Shown here: piece after piece, positions 18,786 to 28,324 of the stretch
How the letters are laid out: the number at the start of each line of letters is the position of its first letter
How positions within the stretch are numbered: position 1 is the stretch's first letter
From: Candidatus Uhrbacteria bacterium
GTDB lineage: Bacteria > Patescibacteriota > Patescibacteriia > UBA9934
Reading direction: 5' to 3'
NCBI GenBank assembly: GCA_943359525.1
Contig: CALRHV010000003.1
Coordinates: 521 to 64,520 of the forward strand
DNA: 64,000 nucleotides
The notes under the pieces: model-generated
What the model saw: only the letters and a program-made list of their open reading frames with translations
What the model was told of the DNA's origin: nothing
The model's database searches: none
Position numbers and translations under genes: made by a program

Positions 18786-20768
18786 TTAAAAACTCACCCT
18801 TGTCTTTCTGTACCAGTCTTCTACGTTGGCGAAGCGATCGGAGGGGGTTGTAACGTTTGCGACGGTGGTTCCGTAGAGCTTTGGACTGAGTGCGTAGAGA
18901 TATTGTGGCTGATAGAGCATGAGCGCGGGTAATTCCTCTGCAAACGCGGCCATAAGGAGCCGACCAGCCTCTACGGCTTTTTCTGGATTGGCGCTTATTC
19001 GGGCAGCCTCGATGGCGGCGTCGACTTTTCGGTTCACAAACCCACCAAGGTTTAGTCCAGGATACGTGCTCTGCGATGAATGCCAGAACGGATACAAATC
19101 AGGATACGCACCATAGCGTTCGCCGGCGAGGAGTACATCAAAACTGTGGTTCTTAATGACGTCGTTTTGTAGTGCTGTCTGATCAACAACGGAGACGCGG
19201 ACATTCGCGCCAATAGCAGTCCATTGTCGCTGTAATTCGTTTGCAGCAGCGATAAGATCTGGCGAATCCAGTGTTGTTATGGTGAATGTGAGCTCGGTTC
19301 CAGATTTTGCACGCGTTGTTGCGCCGTCTGCCGTCGACCACCCATTGCTCTCAAGAAGTCCTTTTGCGCCTTCAACGTCGGCACCAGGAATTATCCCCGC
19401 AGCATCATATCCTGGCATGTCCGGAAGAACAGGGGAGACGACTGGCGTCGCGTATGCTCCTGTTGAAGCTTGGGCGACGACAGTACGGTCAACGGCAAGA
19501 ACAAGTGCTTGTCGTACGTTGCCGTCGGCAAGAACGGCAGACTGTTTTTGGTTGAAGAACGCTGCGGTGAATTGCGAAAGTCGAGGAGAGCCGAGGGCAA
19601 TGACGCCGTCGTGCGCAAGACTTTGTGCATCTTGTGCGGCAAGAACGGACGCACCTTCAACGTTTTTGTTTCGTACGGCATCGGTGAGTTCCCGAAGAGT
19701 GTTGTAAAACTTGAGCGTGATGTCGTTTAGGTAGACGGTATCGCGATAAAAATGATCGTTTCGTTCAACGGTATAGCTGCGAAGCGCTCCTTTATTGTCT
19801 TTGACGAGTTTGGAGAACATGAATGGTCCGCTTCCAACTGGCTTGATGTTGAGTTGTGCGAGCGGTGCGTTCTGTGGGGCAACCTCTTCCCAAAGATGTG
19901 CAGGAAGAATGCCCACGGTGAGCGCAGCAAGAAACGGCGCGAACGGCTCGTTGAGGGTGAAGATTATTGTATGATCGTCTGGAGCCTCGGCTGTCGAACC
20001 ATTGAAGCTGACGGTGAGCGGACTGTGGTATTCCGGATTTTGAATCGCGTCGATAGTGAAGAGTACGTCGTTGCTTGTGACGGGCTCTCCGTCGTGCCAG
20101 AGTGCAGTATTTCGAAGGGTAAAGGTATAGATTTTCTGATCGTCGGAAACGGAAAAACTCTCTGCGAGGTCTGTGGTGAGGCTGTGATTTCCGTCGAATC
20201 GCATTAAACCAGAAAACATGAGACGGGTAAGGTCGCTATCGACGTCGCTTTTAATAGCGTAGAGCGGATTGATGTACTGCGGCGAACCGAGAGCGCCCTC
20301 GGTATACGAACCACCGATTGCTGGAAGAAGTGTTTCATTTGAGAGCCAAAAACGAACGCCCAGCATTCCGCCGGAAAGAATGCACAGCACAAGCGCGATG
20401 CCAAAGGTGCGTCGTTCTTTGAAGGAAAGGAATCGAGGGAGCTCTTTCCACTGCTTCCATGTAGGGAACTGACCTCCGCGGAGGTTGACGAGCTGGCGTA
20501 CAGCTACAGAACTTGCCGATGTTGGCTTGCGCTTTTGCACAAAAGAGCGGATCGATGCGATCCAGCGAGAGCACTGAGTGCGAAGAGAGGAAAAAGTAAA
20601 AGAGATATGGAATTGAGAGCTACACGGTGAAGAGACTGTTCGCAAGCGCAACGCCAAAGAAAAGAACCGCGAGAACAACCGTAGCGATGTGCAACTTTTT
20701 CTCAATGCCACGACGTGTGCGGTAGAAGCTTCCGTCTCCACCAAAGGCAAGGCCAACGTTTGAGCCAC
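18786..20768 (-). CDS. ABC transporter substrate-binding protein, family 5 (oligopeptide/nickel type), with N-terminal membrane anchor
   Basis: 'LRNTALWHDGEPVTSNDVLFTIDAI' SBP_bac_5-type block and overall about 550-aa mature domain; hydrophobic N-terminal segment; true start probably downstream of 20768. Confidence 0.7.
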   Translation of the reverse strand: MAQTLALPLVETEASTAHVVALRKSCTSLRLFSRFFSLALRLRTVSSPCSSQFHISFTFSSLRTQCSRWIASIRSFVQKRKPTSASSVAVRQLVNLRGGQFPTWKQWKELPRFLSFKERRTFGIALVLCILSGGMLGVRFWLSNETLLPAIGGSYTEGALGSPQYINPLYAIKSDVDSDLTRLMFSGLMRFDGNHSLTTDLAESFSVSDDQKIYTFTLRNTALWHDGEPVTSNDVLFTIDAIQNPEYHSPLTVSFNGSTAEAPDDHTIIFTLNEPFAPFLAALTVGILPAHLWEEVAPQNAPLAQLNIKPVGSGPFMFSKLVKDNKGALRSYTVERNDHFYRDTVYLNDITLKFYNTLRELTDAVRNKNVEGASVLAAQDAQSLAHDGVIALGSPRLSQFTAAFFNQKQSAVLADGNVRQALVLAVDRTVVAQASTGAYATPVVSPVLPDMPGYDAAGIIPGADVEGAKGLLESNGWSTADGATTRAKSGTELTFTITTLDSPDLIAAANELQRQWTAIGANVRVSVVDQTALQNDVIKNHSFDVLLAGERYGAYPDLYPFWHSSQSTYPGLNLGGFVNRKVDAAIEAARISANPEKAVEAGRLLMAAFAEELPALMLYQPQYLYALSPKLYGTTVANVTTPSDRFANVEDWYRKTRVSF

Positions 20769-20835
20769 GCGCCTGGAGAAGAATTGCTACGGTAAGAAGA
20801 ATTGCGAGAATAACCTGGAGAATATCGAGAATCAT
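20620..20835 (-). CDS. secG: preprotein translocase subunit SecG
   Basis: 'MILDILQVILAILLTVAILLQARGSNVGLAFGG' is the canonical SecG N-terminus; start at the internal M of the track ORF. Confidence 0.75.
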   Translation of the reverse strand: MILDILQVILAILLTVAILLQARGSNVGLAFGGDGSFYRTRRGIEKKLHIATVVLAVLFFGVALANSLFTV

Positions 20836-20910
20836 AGTGCAAAAAGTATACCAAATTGGGGATGAGTCGTAAAGATCGGTGCATGAAATCATGGTATAAT
20901 TCAAGCAGAT

Positions 20911-21687
20911 ATGGAGGAGATTGAGGAAATCAACATGCTTCCTACGCAGCCTTTGCTGCCAGTGAAACGCCGCTGGTCTCCGGCCCGTGTGTTGGGGCTT
21001 TTTGGTTTTGTAGTGGCACTTTTGCTTGTTCTGGGATTTTCTTGGAGGATTTTTGGTTTTTATCGTGGCATTCGAAACGGATCGATTAACCCGGCATTGG
21101 CGTATACAACGACGAACTTCACTCGTGCGGTGACGGCGTTTGCCGCAAAGGCTGCGGCAAATACAGATTCAGCATCGCTGCTTGGAACGAGCGATCCATC
21201 GCTCGGCAATAAGAACGCAAAGATTACCGTTGTTGAGTTTGCCGATTTTGGTTGTCCGTATTCGCAGGAAGTCGCACCAATCGTTCGGGCCATTGCGCAA
21301 CAGTATTCTGCGGATGTTCGTGTGGTCTTCCGAAATTTTCCAATCGAAGAATTGCATCCGGGATCGACGATTGCGTCACAGGCTGGGGGCTGTGCGGGGG
21401 AACAGGGAAAATTTTGGGAGTATCATGATGCAGTGTTCGCAAGTACAGAGGCGCTTGGCGTTGGTATGCTCAGCGGCGTTGCGGAGAATCTCGGCCTCGA
21501 TAGCGTCCAGTTCGCTCGTTGCCTGGAATCAGACTATTACGCGAACGACGTTGCAGCCGACACTGCCGACGGTGCTGGTGCTGGAGTAACCGGTACTCCA
21601 ACATTTTTCTTTAACGGACAGAAAGTAGAGGGATCCATTCCTTTTACGATCTTTACCCAAATTCTCGATGCCATGCGTCAAACGTAG
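20911..21687 (+). CDS. DsbA-family thiol:disulfide oxidoreductase, membrane anchored
   Basis: Thioredoxin-fold active site 'FGCPYS', DsbA-like length, N-terminal TM. Confidence 0.75.
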   Translation: MEEIEEINMLPTQPLLPVKRRWSPARVLGLFGFVVALLLVLGFSWRIFGFYRGIRNGSINPALAYTTTNFTRAVTAFAAKAAANTDSASLLGTSDPSLGNKNAKITVVEFADFGCPYSQEVAPIVRAIAQQYSADVRVVFRNFPIEELHPGSTIASQAGGCAGEQGKFWEYHDAVFASTEALGVGMLSGVAENLGLDSVQFARCLESDYYANDVAADTADGAGAGVTGTPTFFFNGQKVEGSIPFTIFTQILDAMRQT

Positions 21688-23116
21688 TCTTCTCGCCCTC
21701 GCCGCTGTGGCGCTTCTCACCTTTTTTCCAAAGGCCACGTTTGCGTCTACCTCGACTACTTGCGAATGTTTTTGTGGGGAAGAAGGATTTGGTACGATTG
21801 GGGCATCGATTTCATCTCCGAAGGCGTGTCAGGAATCTTGTGCAGATCTAGAAACGCCACAACGATATGTCGGGTGCTTCACTGATCAGGCCGACTATCC
21901 AGACCAGAGCGATAAATGTTGGACCGAAAAGGAATGTTCTGACTGGTCTAGTGAGATTCGGGGCGAGCGAGTCACTGCTGACTGGGGCACGAGTATGCCG
22001 TATGATTGCGCGTATTCAAAAGATGGAGATCAGATGAGGTATTGCTATGGGCAGGACCCAAAATATCAGCTCAATATTGCCATTGGTTCGGTGCCGGAAA
22101 TAGAAAATCTTCCTGAGTACATTAATGCGATTTACACATGGCTGCTTCCAGCCGCGTCGCTCATTGCGGTGGTGATGATGATGATCGGTGGACTGCAGTA
22201 CGCCCTTTCCCGCGGAAAGAGCAAGTATATTGATAAAGCAAAAACGCGAATCACGAATGCAATCACTGGATTGGTTATTTTGTTGAGCGTTTTCGTTATT
22301 CTCAATCTCATTGATCCACGACTTACCGTATTGAATGCGCTAAAGATTCCTTTAATTAAGACATCCGTTATTCTCGATGCTGGTTCGTCATGTGAAAGTT
22401 TAGACGCTGCAGGATATGGGATTACTCCTACCCCAGACCCGCGAATCACTTTCTGTGGTACGAGTGGGACTGTAACAGATGTTTCAGACCTTAATGACAA
22501 CGCTGTAGGAAGTTGGGAAAATGGGAACGTGTGCAGCTTTCAGTATTGTGCAAGCGGGAAGACATGCATAAAAGAATCAGAAACAAATGTGTGCCGATCA
22601 TGCGCGGAAATTACGAATCCCGGGACTTCAACGTGTGGATCTATCCAAAAGGTTTCCGGTGCGATGGATGGGGATCGGCTCGTTTATTGTATATATGATA
22701 AGGTTTTGAATAGCTGTACAACTGCGGGATTCGACTTTACAACATCAGAGGATAGTGTTCAGGGATTTACGTGTAGAAAGCTTGAACGATCGTTTGCGAA
22801 CACTATGGTTTCCGGCGGAACGCATGAAGAATCTGAAAAAACTGGCGAGGGGACATTGAGTGGATGCAGCGCATACGAAAAATTGAAATTCGGATATCTT
22901 GACGACGATACGGCTACTGGTCGGGATCTTACTATTACCACTATCAATACAAAGGAAGGGTCTACATTATTAAAGAAGCTCTGTAATGAAGATCCGTGTA
23001 GTATTGGAGCATTTCTAGAAGAGTCTTATAAGACCGATGTGAATATACGATGTGAGTATAAAAAATTTAAGGTTAGTGAGTCAGAAATTCAGTACCTTTG
23101 CAAAGAAGCGCTGTGA
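21668..23116 (+). CDS. Cys-rich secreted/membrane protein: signal peptide, Cys-rich ectodomain, two central TM helices, second Cys-rich domain
   Basis: Start overlaps the dsbA stop by 20 nt (coupled); many Cys in CxC/CxxC spacing; TM pair 'AIYTWLLPAASLIAVVMMMIGGL' / 'ITGLVILLSVFVILNLI'; AT-rich. Confidence 0.6.
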   Translation: MPCVKRSLLALAAVALLTFFPKATFASTSTTCECFCGEEGFGTIGASISSPKACQESCADLETPQRYVGCFTDQADYPDQSDKCWTEKECSDWSSEIRGERVTADWGTSMPYDCAYSKDGDQMRYCYGQDPKYQLNIAIGSVPEIENLPEYINAIYTWLLPAASLIAVVMMMIGGLQYALSRGKSKYIDKAKTRITNAITGLVILLSVFVILNLIDPRLTVLNALKIPLIKTSVILDAGSSCESLDAAGYGITPTPDPRITFCGTSGTVTDVSDLNDNAVGSWENGNVCSFQYCASGKTCIKESETNVCRSCAEITNPGTSTCGSIQKVSGAMDGDRLVYCIYDKVLNSCTTAGFDFTTSEDSVQGFTCRKLERSFANTMVSGGTHEESEKTGEGTLSGCSAYEKLKFGYLDDDTATGRDLTITTINTKEGSTLLKKLCNEDPCSIGAFLEESYKTDVNIRCEYKKFKVSESEIQYLCKEAL

Positions 23117-23130
23117 GCATGTCATACACA

Positions 23131-23159
23131 AAACCCCGGCTCGTGAGAGCCGGGGTTTT
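23131..23159. terminator. bidirectional terminator AAAACCCCGGCTC-gtga-GAGCCGGGGTTTT
   Basis: Perfect 13-bp inverted repeat with flanking A/T runs between convergent genes. Confidence 0.55.
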
Positions 23160-23164
23160 GAAAA

Positions 23165-23533
23165 TTATTTCTTGACGACGAGTTCGCGGAGTTTACGGCC
23201 GAAGTCTTTCATGAAGTTCAGTTTGCGCTTTCGAACCTTATAGCGCTTCACCACTTCGATTTTCACGATGACTGGTGAAGATGTTGGGAAGATCTTTTCT
23301 ACGCCGAATCCGTTGCTTTCCTTGCGGACCACGAATGACTTTGAGGCGCCGGCACCACGGGTAGCGGTGACCAAACCTTCGAAGATCTGGATACGTTCAC
23401 GTGGCTCGCCTTTCGCGTTCACGTCTTGAATCTTTTCGTGAAGACGGATCACCATGCCTGTTTCAACAACAGTAGGCGCAACTGCCGCTACTGGAGCGTC
23501 TTGGATTTTAGTGGTTTCGATAGCGTCGGTCAT
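23165..23533 (-). CDS. rplS: 50S ribosomal protein L19
   Basis: 'RIQIFEGLV...KSFVVRK...GFGVEKIFP..SP...IEVVKRYKVRKRKL' L19 signature. Confidence 0.9.
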   Translation of the reverse strand: MTDAIETTKIQDAPVAAVAPTVVETGMVIRLHEKIQDVNAKGEPRERIQIFEGLVTATRGAGASKSFVVRKESNGFGVEKIFPTSSPVIVKIEVVKRYKVRKRKLNFMKDFGRKLRELVVKK

Positions 23534-23574
23534 AGATCTGGTAGGTTCCTAAAGATTGCGAAAGGATAGCGGAA

Positions 23575-24141
23575 TTATGGCTGAGGGTCAAGATTTTTGG
23601 GGATGGCGGCGAGGATGACGCTAATGATCTCGGCTGGGGTACGCTTGGTAGTGTCCACGACGAGGTCGTACTTTCCGTCGTTTTTCAGTGAAAAACCGTA
23701 CCATTTTTGATACCGAACCTCACTTTGGGCCACGCGATCGGTTAAGATTCGCTCCGTTTCTTCTATCGACGAAAAGTCTGGTTCGTCGTCCCTTCCTGGC
23801 TCATTCTTCTTTGCATTGTAGATTCGTGTTGCCGCAACCGTTGGGTCGACCGTGAGCTGCACCTTGAAGGCGTGGGGGATGAAGTACCAGGAGAGCCAGC
23901 CGTCGATGATGAAGTTGTCCTCGGTTTGTCCAAGCGTTGTTTGAAATTCGTCCACCTCACGATCGGTCGACGCATCGGTCATTCCTTGGGCATTGAGCTC
24001 GTCGATCGTTACGCCACGCTCCATCGCCATCTTCCCTCGAAGGTCACCCATCGAATACGACCGCAGAGTAAGTTGTTTTGCGAGGAGATTTTTGATGGTA
24101 GTTTTTCCGGTGCCAGACAAGCCGGAGAGCGCGATGATCAT
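23575..24141 (-). CDS. cytidylate kinase-family (AAA) nucleotide kinase
   Basis: P-loop 'ALSGLSGTGKTT' and kinase-like length of 188 aa. Confidence 0.55.
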   Translation of the reverse strand: MIIALSGLSGTGKTTIKNLLAKQLTLRSYSMGDLRGKMAMERGVTIDELNAQGMTDASTDREVDEFQTTLGQTEDNFIIDGWLSWYFIPHAFKVQLTVDPTVAATRIYNAKKNEPGRDDEPDFSSIEETERILTDRVAQSEVRYQKWYGFSLKNDGKYDLVVDTTKRTPAEIISVILAAIPKNLDPQP

Positions 24142-24153
24142 AGGGGAGATGAT

Positions 24154-25086
24154 TTATCGAGACACGCGTTGGAGATGAGGTTCTGCCAGTTTTGTGAGTG
24201 CAAGTTCGAGTTCCGGAGGAAGTGGAGCTTCGAACGTTTTACGCTCGCCATTTGGAAGGTCGATGGTCAGTGCGCGGGCATGAAGGAAGAGACGCCCAAG
24301 CGGAATCTGCTTAATCCCTCGAATATTGTAGAGCTCGTCGCCTGCAACAGGATGGCCGAGGGCAAAGAAGTGCACGCGGATTTGGTGTGTGCGGCCGGTT
24401 TCAATATGAACATCGAGCAATGTTGCGCTGGCGTAGCGATGAAGAACGTCGAAATGTGTGATTGCATCTTTTCCTTCCTGTGAGCTTGGTCGTGCTGCCA
24501 TTCGCGCGTTCGATTGCGATCGAGCAATAGGGAAGGTGATGGTTCCGGAATCATCGGTTACATTACCCATGACGAGTGCGGTGTAGCGTTTATCGGTGAG
24601 GCGTTGGGCAAATTGTGCTTTGAGGTGGGTGAACGCTTCTGGGGTTTTTGCCGCAATAAGCACACCGGACGCGAGTTTATCCAGGCGATGCACAATGCCG
24701 GCGCGAGCTGTATCGTCGCCAACTGCGTCGAGACCAGGAATGTGGGCGCGAAGAAGATCGAGGAGTGTCGGCTCCGTGCTTGCCGTTGTTGGATGGACGA
24801 GGAGCCCGGCTGGCTTGTTTACGACAAGAACGTCAGCATCTTCGTAGAGAATATTCAGCGGCGCTGGGGGCTTTGCGTTCGGATCGATAACGGGAGCCGC
24901 AGGATCAGCAATTTCCACTTTTGATGCCGAAGACACCAGTTCGTGGGCGTTTGTTTCCTTACCATCCACCAGCACGCGGCCGTCGGAAATGATCTTTTGT
25001 GCCTTTGAACGGCTCAATTCAAGAACTTCCGCGAGAGCAATATCGAGGCGTTTTGGAACAATGCTCAGGATTTCGATAGTTTTCAT
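24154..25086 (-). CDS. rluD: RluA-family 23S rRNA pseudouridine synthase (RluD-like) with S4 domain
   Basis: 'VVNKPAGLLVHP' and catalytic 'HRLDKLASGVLIAAKT' motifs; N-terminal S4-like region. Confidence 0.85.
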   Translation of the reverse strand: MKTIEILSIVPKRLDIALAEVLELSRSKAQKIISDGRVLVDGKETNAHELVSSASKVEIADPAAPVIDPNAKPPAPLNILYEDADVLVVNKPAGLLVHPTTASTEPTLLDLLRAHIPGLDAVGDDTARAGIVHRLDKLASGVLIAAKTPEAFTHLKAQFAQRLTDKRYTALVMGNVTDDSGTITFPIARSQSNARMAARPSSQEGKDAITHFDVLHRYASATLLDVHIETGRTHQIRVHFFALGHPVAGDELYNIRGIKQIPLGRLFLHARALTIDLPNGERKTFEAPLPPELELALTKLAEPHLQRVSR

Positions 25087-25184
25087 GGGCGGAGTATGGC
25101 ACAGAACGCCCTGTATTGAAAGCGTTATACTTGAGGAAGGTCGCGAAGACGGGTATGCTATCTGCGTCCCTCGTGATCGAATAA

Positions 25185-25261
25185 GGGCCTGTAGCTCAGT
25201 TGGTTAGAGCGCCGAGCTTATACCTCGGTGGTCCCTGGTTCAAGTCCAGGCAGGCCTACCA
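25185..25261 (+). tRNA. tRNA-Ile with anticodon UAU (reads AUA)
   Basis: Hand-folded cloverleaf: acceptor GGGCCTG/CAGGCCT (G1-U72), D-arm GCTC-AGTTGGTTA-GAGC, anticodon stem CCGAG/CTCGG with loop CTTATAC, T-arm CCTGG-TTCAAGT-CCAGG, encoded CCA; body is Ile-like. Confidence 0.65.
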
Positions 25262-25265
25262 GCCT

Positions 25266-25424
25266 ATGTATTTCATTCCTCCTCTTCTTTTCTTTCTCGG
25301 CGTTATTTTTGGTATAATGGGTCGCCAGCACCATAATCACGAATTCGTTGGGCTGAGTTATATCTTCTTCCTCGCGGCTTTCGCTGCGGGAACCGTGTTG
25401 TTTCTTGCGCTCTCCGCGCTCTAG
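25266..25424 (+). CDS. small hydrophobic protein, hypothetical
   Basis: ATG immediately 3' of the tRNA; two hydrophobic segments; weak. Confidence 0.25.
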   Translation: MYFIPPLLFFLGVIFGIMGRQHHNHEFVGLSYIFFLAAFAAGTVLFLALSAL

Positions 25425-25429
25425 TTTCT

Positions 25430-25825
25430 ATGATCGCGAATTCAAGCACCGCACTTCTGGTTCTTTCCATCTTGTGGTTTGTTATCTACTGGATTCTGGG
25501 AGGCGTCGTCTTCTCGTTGATTGCCGCAGCACGATCGATGCACATGAAAAAGGCTCGGTTTAGCTGTTTGTTTACTTTGGGTGCCGCCGCAACAGCGTTC
25601 GGAGCGGCATACGCTGGTATGATTCTTTCTCGTCCACACGGCCTCCGATGCCCAGATGAACTTGTCGCTCGAGGCACATTGCAGGGTGCCGAAAACTTCA
25701 ACATTCAATCCATCCTCGTCTGCGACTTCAACGCCGTCCTCATCGCCGGCACCATGTTCTTCGCCCTTCTCCTCGCCGCTGGAATGGTGGCAATGCTCCT
25801 CTCCCGAACCGAAAAGCAGCGATAG
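25430..25825 (+). CDS. multi-TM membrane protein, hypothetical
   Basis: ORF track; four hydrophobic helices. Confidence 0.4.
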   Translation: MIANSSTALLVLSILWFVIYWILGGVVFSLIAAARSMHMKKARFSCLFTLGAAATAFGAAYAGMILSRPHGLRCPDELVARGTLQGAENFNIQSILVCDFNAVLIAGTMFFALLLAAGMVAMLLSRTEKQR

Positions 25826-25988
25826 AACGCGGATGAGGATGAATGAGAAGTGAGCTGAAATACAAAGCACCGTCATTTGTGACCAGTTTCGATGAACGAT
25901 GAGGAAATTTTGCGAGGCGTACTTCCTGGTACGGTGAGCAGAATTTCCGAAATCGTGAGTCGAAAATGGGCCAAATGCCGGTGCTTTG

Positions 25989-26065
25989 TGGTGCGCGCAT
26001 GTGGACTCGAACCACAGACCTTCACAATGTCAATGTGACGCTCTAACCAACTGAGCTATGCGCGC
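25989..26065 (-). tRNA. tRNA-Val (anticodon GAC)
   Basis: Reverse complement folds: acceptor GCGCGCA/TGCGCGC, D-arm GCTC-AGTTGGTTA-GAGC, anticodon stem TCACA/TGTGA with loop TTGACAT, T-arm TGTGG-TTCGAGT-CCACA, CCA. Confidence 0.85.
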
Positions 26066-26075
26066 TGATAGTAGA

Positions 26076-26210
26076 ACTGCCTAATTTTGTCCATTTTCGA
26101 CTCACTCGTCAGAAATCTCCTCAACGTACATTTGAGTACGCCTCGTCGATTTCTTTCTCCTTCATCGAAACTGGCCGAAAATTAGACAGTTCTACAAACT
26201 CGTTCGATGA
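26076..26210. repeat. Copy B of the roughly 135-nt duplicated element (see 14066-14200), immediately 5' of tRNA-Val and upstream of the next + gene
   Basis: About 80% identity to copy A; internal palindrome GAAATC...CGTAC-atttga-GTACG...GATTTC. Confidence 0.5.
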
Positions 26211-26860
26211 AAAGAATACGTTTCGGATCGAAAAGTGTCAACGGAAGGAGCGATATTCCCAGAAAAAGGTATACTGGGTTTTGTATGAACGAAGATATCG
26301 TGGAAGAATGTCATCGTCTGAGTGCTCAAGAAGTGAATTATCTTCATCATTACATGGATGAGTTTTATGGTTCATTAACGGAGGAGAACAAAGAAATTGG
26401 CACATTTCTTCACGAATCTGATCACGCAGGACGACTATTGGATGTTGCATGCGGTCCAAGCGCATTATATTGGGCTATGTTTCATCCGAATGTGACACAT
26501 TTCTGCGGTATTGATGCGCGAGAGGATTCCATTACGCATTTACAATCCCTGCTTGCTGAAGCAGCGAATGGAAAGGTTGAAGCAGATGTTGAGGTTTCAA
26601 TGACAAATAACGGACTGGCGTGCGTGAGTGGAAATATTCCTCGTTCAAACATTAAGTGGGTTCTTGCTGATGTTGAATACACACACGGTACAAATACTGC
26701 GTTGACGGCGAATGCGGTTGATACAAATATTTATATTGGATACGGAACGAACGGAACACCAACGCCAACGAAAACTCTCTTTTGGAATCTTATGATTCCT
26801 CCGGATGGTGTTGGAGGGTATTGCTCGAGTGCGGTGAACGTTTCCACTATCATTCACTAG
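26207..26860 (+). CDS. hypothetical protein, possible SAM-dependent methyltransferase
   Basis: 'LLDVACGPSALYWAM' resembles methyltransferase motif I; alternative start at 26285. Confidence 0.35.
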   Translation: MKRIRFGSKSVNGRSDIPRKRYTGFCMNEDIVEECHRLSAQEVNYLHHYMDEFYGSLTEENKEIGTFLHESDHAGRLLDVACGPSALYWAMFHPNVTHFCGIDAREDSITHLQSLLAEAANGKVEADVEVSMTNNGLACVSGNIPRSNIKWVLADVEYTHGTNTALTANAVDTNIYIGYGTNGTPTPTKTLFWNLMIPPDGVGGYCSSAVNVSTIIH

Positions 26861-28287
26861 AAGGACGACGTTGCAAGAATATATCTCGCAAAGTCGAGAG
26901 CGGCGGCGCGGGAGGAGAGATGGCCATCAAGTTGGGCACTGCGAATTTTATCTAAGGTTCCTCGGAGATGTGCGCCTGGGGAGAAGTTGAGAGCGAGCAA
27001 GTCGCGGCCGCGGACAAGCTCATCGGGGGCTGGATTATTCAGCCATTTATCACGTTCATTGCGAAGATCAACAAGATTCTCGCGAGCAATCCCGTGTTCG
27101 TGTTTTGCGCTCACGGTGGCATCGAGAAGCGCGAGGAGCTCTGCACCGCGTTGGCCACGGACGAGGCGTTCGCGTTCAGCGGGGGAGAGATCGGTAGCAT
27201 GGCCTTGGGTGAGGGTAACGGTTTTGTTCAGCATCCAGCCAGCGTCGGTGTGATCGAAATGCAGACGATGATCGTCGACAACGTGAAGATGAAGTCGAGT
27301 AACGATGTTGCGGAGGGCTCCCATCGCGCGATCATCAAGAAGGGCGAGAAGGCCAGAAAGATAAAGGGTTGCACTCTTTTTTGCGGTGCCGTATGCGCGA
27401 GTAATATCGTGATGTTCAAGAATATCCAGGAGGCGATTCGTCTTCTGCCAGCCTGTTTCACCGTCGTCGTGAATTGTGGCACCATGCTGGAGCAATTCTG
27501 GCGCGAGCGATTCTAGCGCGCCACTGTCTTTCAAAAGCGTTAATGCGTACTTTGGATTCTGCGCAAGTGCCATTAACACGTCGTGACCAAGCCGAACGCG
27601 GGGAATGACGTATTGATTGTTCCCGTCTTCATCGTGGTCGGTGCGATGCACGGAAGAATGATGACGTGGAATCGCGTTCCACAGCGCTTGATCGAAGGTA
27701 AGTTCGTACTGACTCGCCAAACGCATTGCACGCGAAACAAGCGCCGGTTCTTGGGAAAGATGGAGTTCTGGATGATGAAGCGTGCGAATGGTTTTTTTGT
27801 TGATGAGGTCGTGTAACCCGCCATGAGGATCATGAAGAATCCCGTCCTTCAACGAATACGCCATTGAATTGATGGAGAAGTCGCGAGCCGCCAAGTCGTC
27901 ATGAAGCGATCGTTCGTGTGCTGGAACTCGCGTTGCGGTACCGGAATGGTTGAGGGATCGAATGTGCGGAACCGACACAGAAATTGTTTCGTGTGTGCCG
28001 CGAGGAGTCACGTGCCAGTGGCCGTTGGTGTGCTGTGTGACGGCGCCGTTGGCGTTGAGGAATTTGTGTAAAAGTGGAGGCGCAACGTCGCGAACAAGAA
28101 CGTGGGCGCGGTGTGGCACAACGCCAAGAACAGCATCGCGAACCGTTCCACCAACAAGATAGGGATCGGCTGCAGGAATATCGCGTACAAGCTTAAACAA
28201 CAGCCCGAGCGGGGCGGTATCAGCAATATACGCGCCAACTCTGCGATGAGCTGGCATTGCACGAGTGGAATACCAAAGAGAATCCAT
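26857..28287 (-). CDS. cca: CCA-adding tRNA nucleotidyltransferase with HD domain
   Basis: Pol-beta head motif 'YLVGGTVRDAVLG', HD-domain histidine/aspartate pairs downstream; 476 aa. Confidence 0.7.
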   Translation of the reverse strand: MDSLWYSTRAMPAHRRVGAYIADTAPLGLLFKLVRDIPAADPYLVGGTVRDAVLGVVPHRAHVLVRDVAPPLLHKFLNANGAVTQHTNGHWHVTPRGTHETISVSVPHIRSLNHSGTATRVPAHERSLHDDLAARDFSINSMAYSLKDGILHDPHGGLHDLINKKTIRTLHHPELHLSQEPALVSRAMRLASQYELTFDQALWNAIPRHHSSVHRTDHDEDGNNQYVIPRVRLGHDVLMALAQNPKYALTLLKDSGALESLAPELLQHGATIHDDGETGWQKTNRLLDILEHHDITRAYGTAKKSATLYLSGLLALLDDRAMGALRNIVTRLHLHVVDDHRLHFDHTDAGWMLNKTVTLTQGHATDLSPAERERLVRGQRGAELLALLDATVSAKHEHGIARENLVDLRNERDKWLNNPAPDELVRGRDLLALNFSPGAHLRGTLDKIRSAQLDGHLSSRAAALDFARYILATSSF

Positions 28288-28324
28288 GACGGAATTGTAA
28301 CACGGAGTGCTTCTTCTTTCTCTG

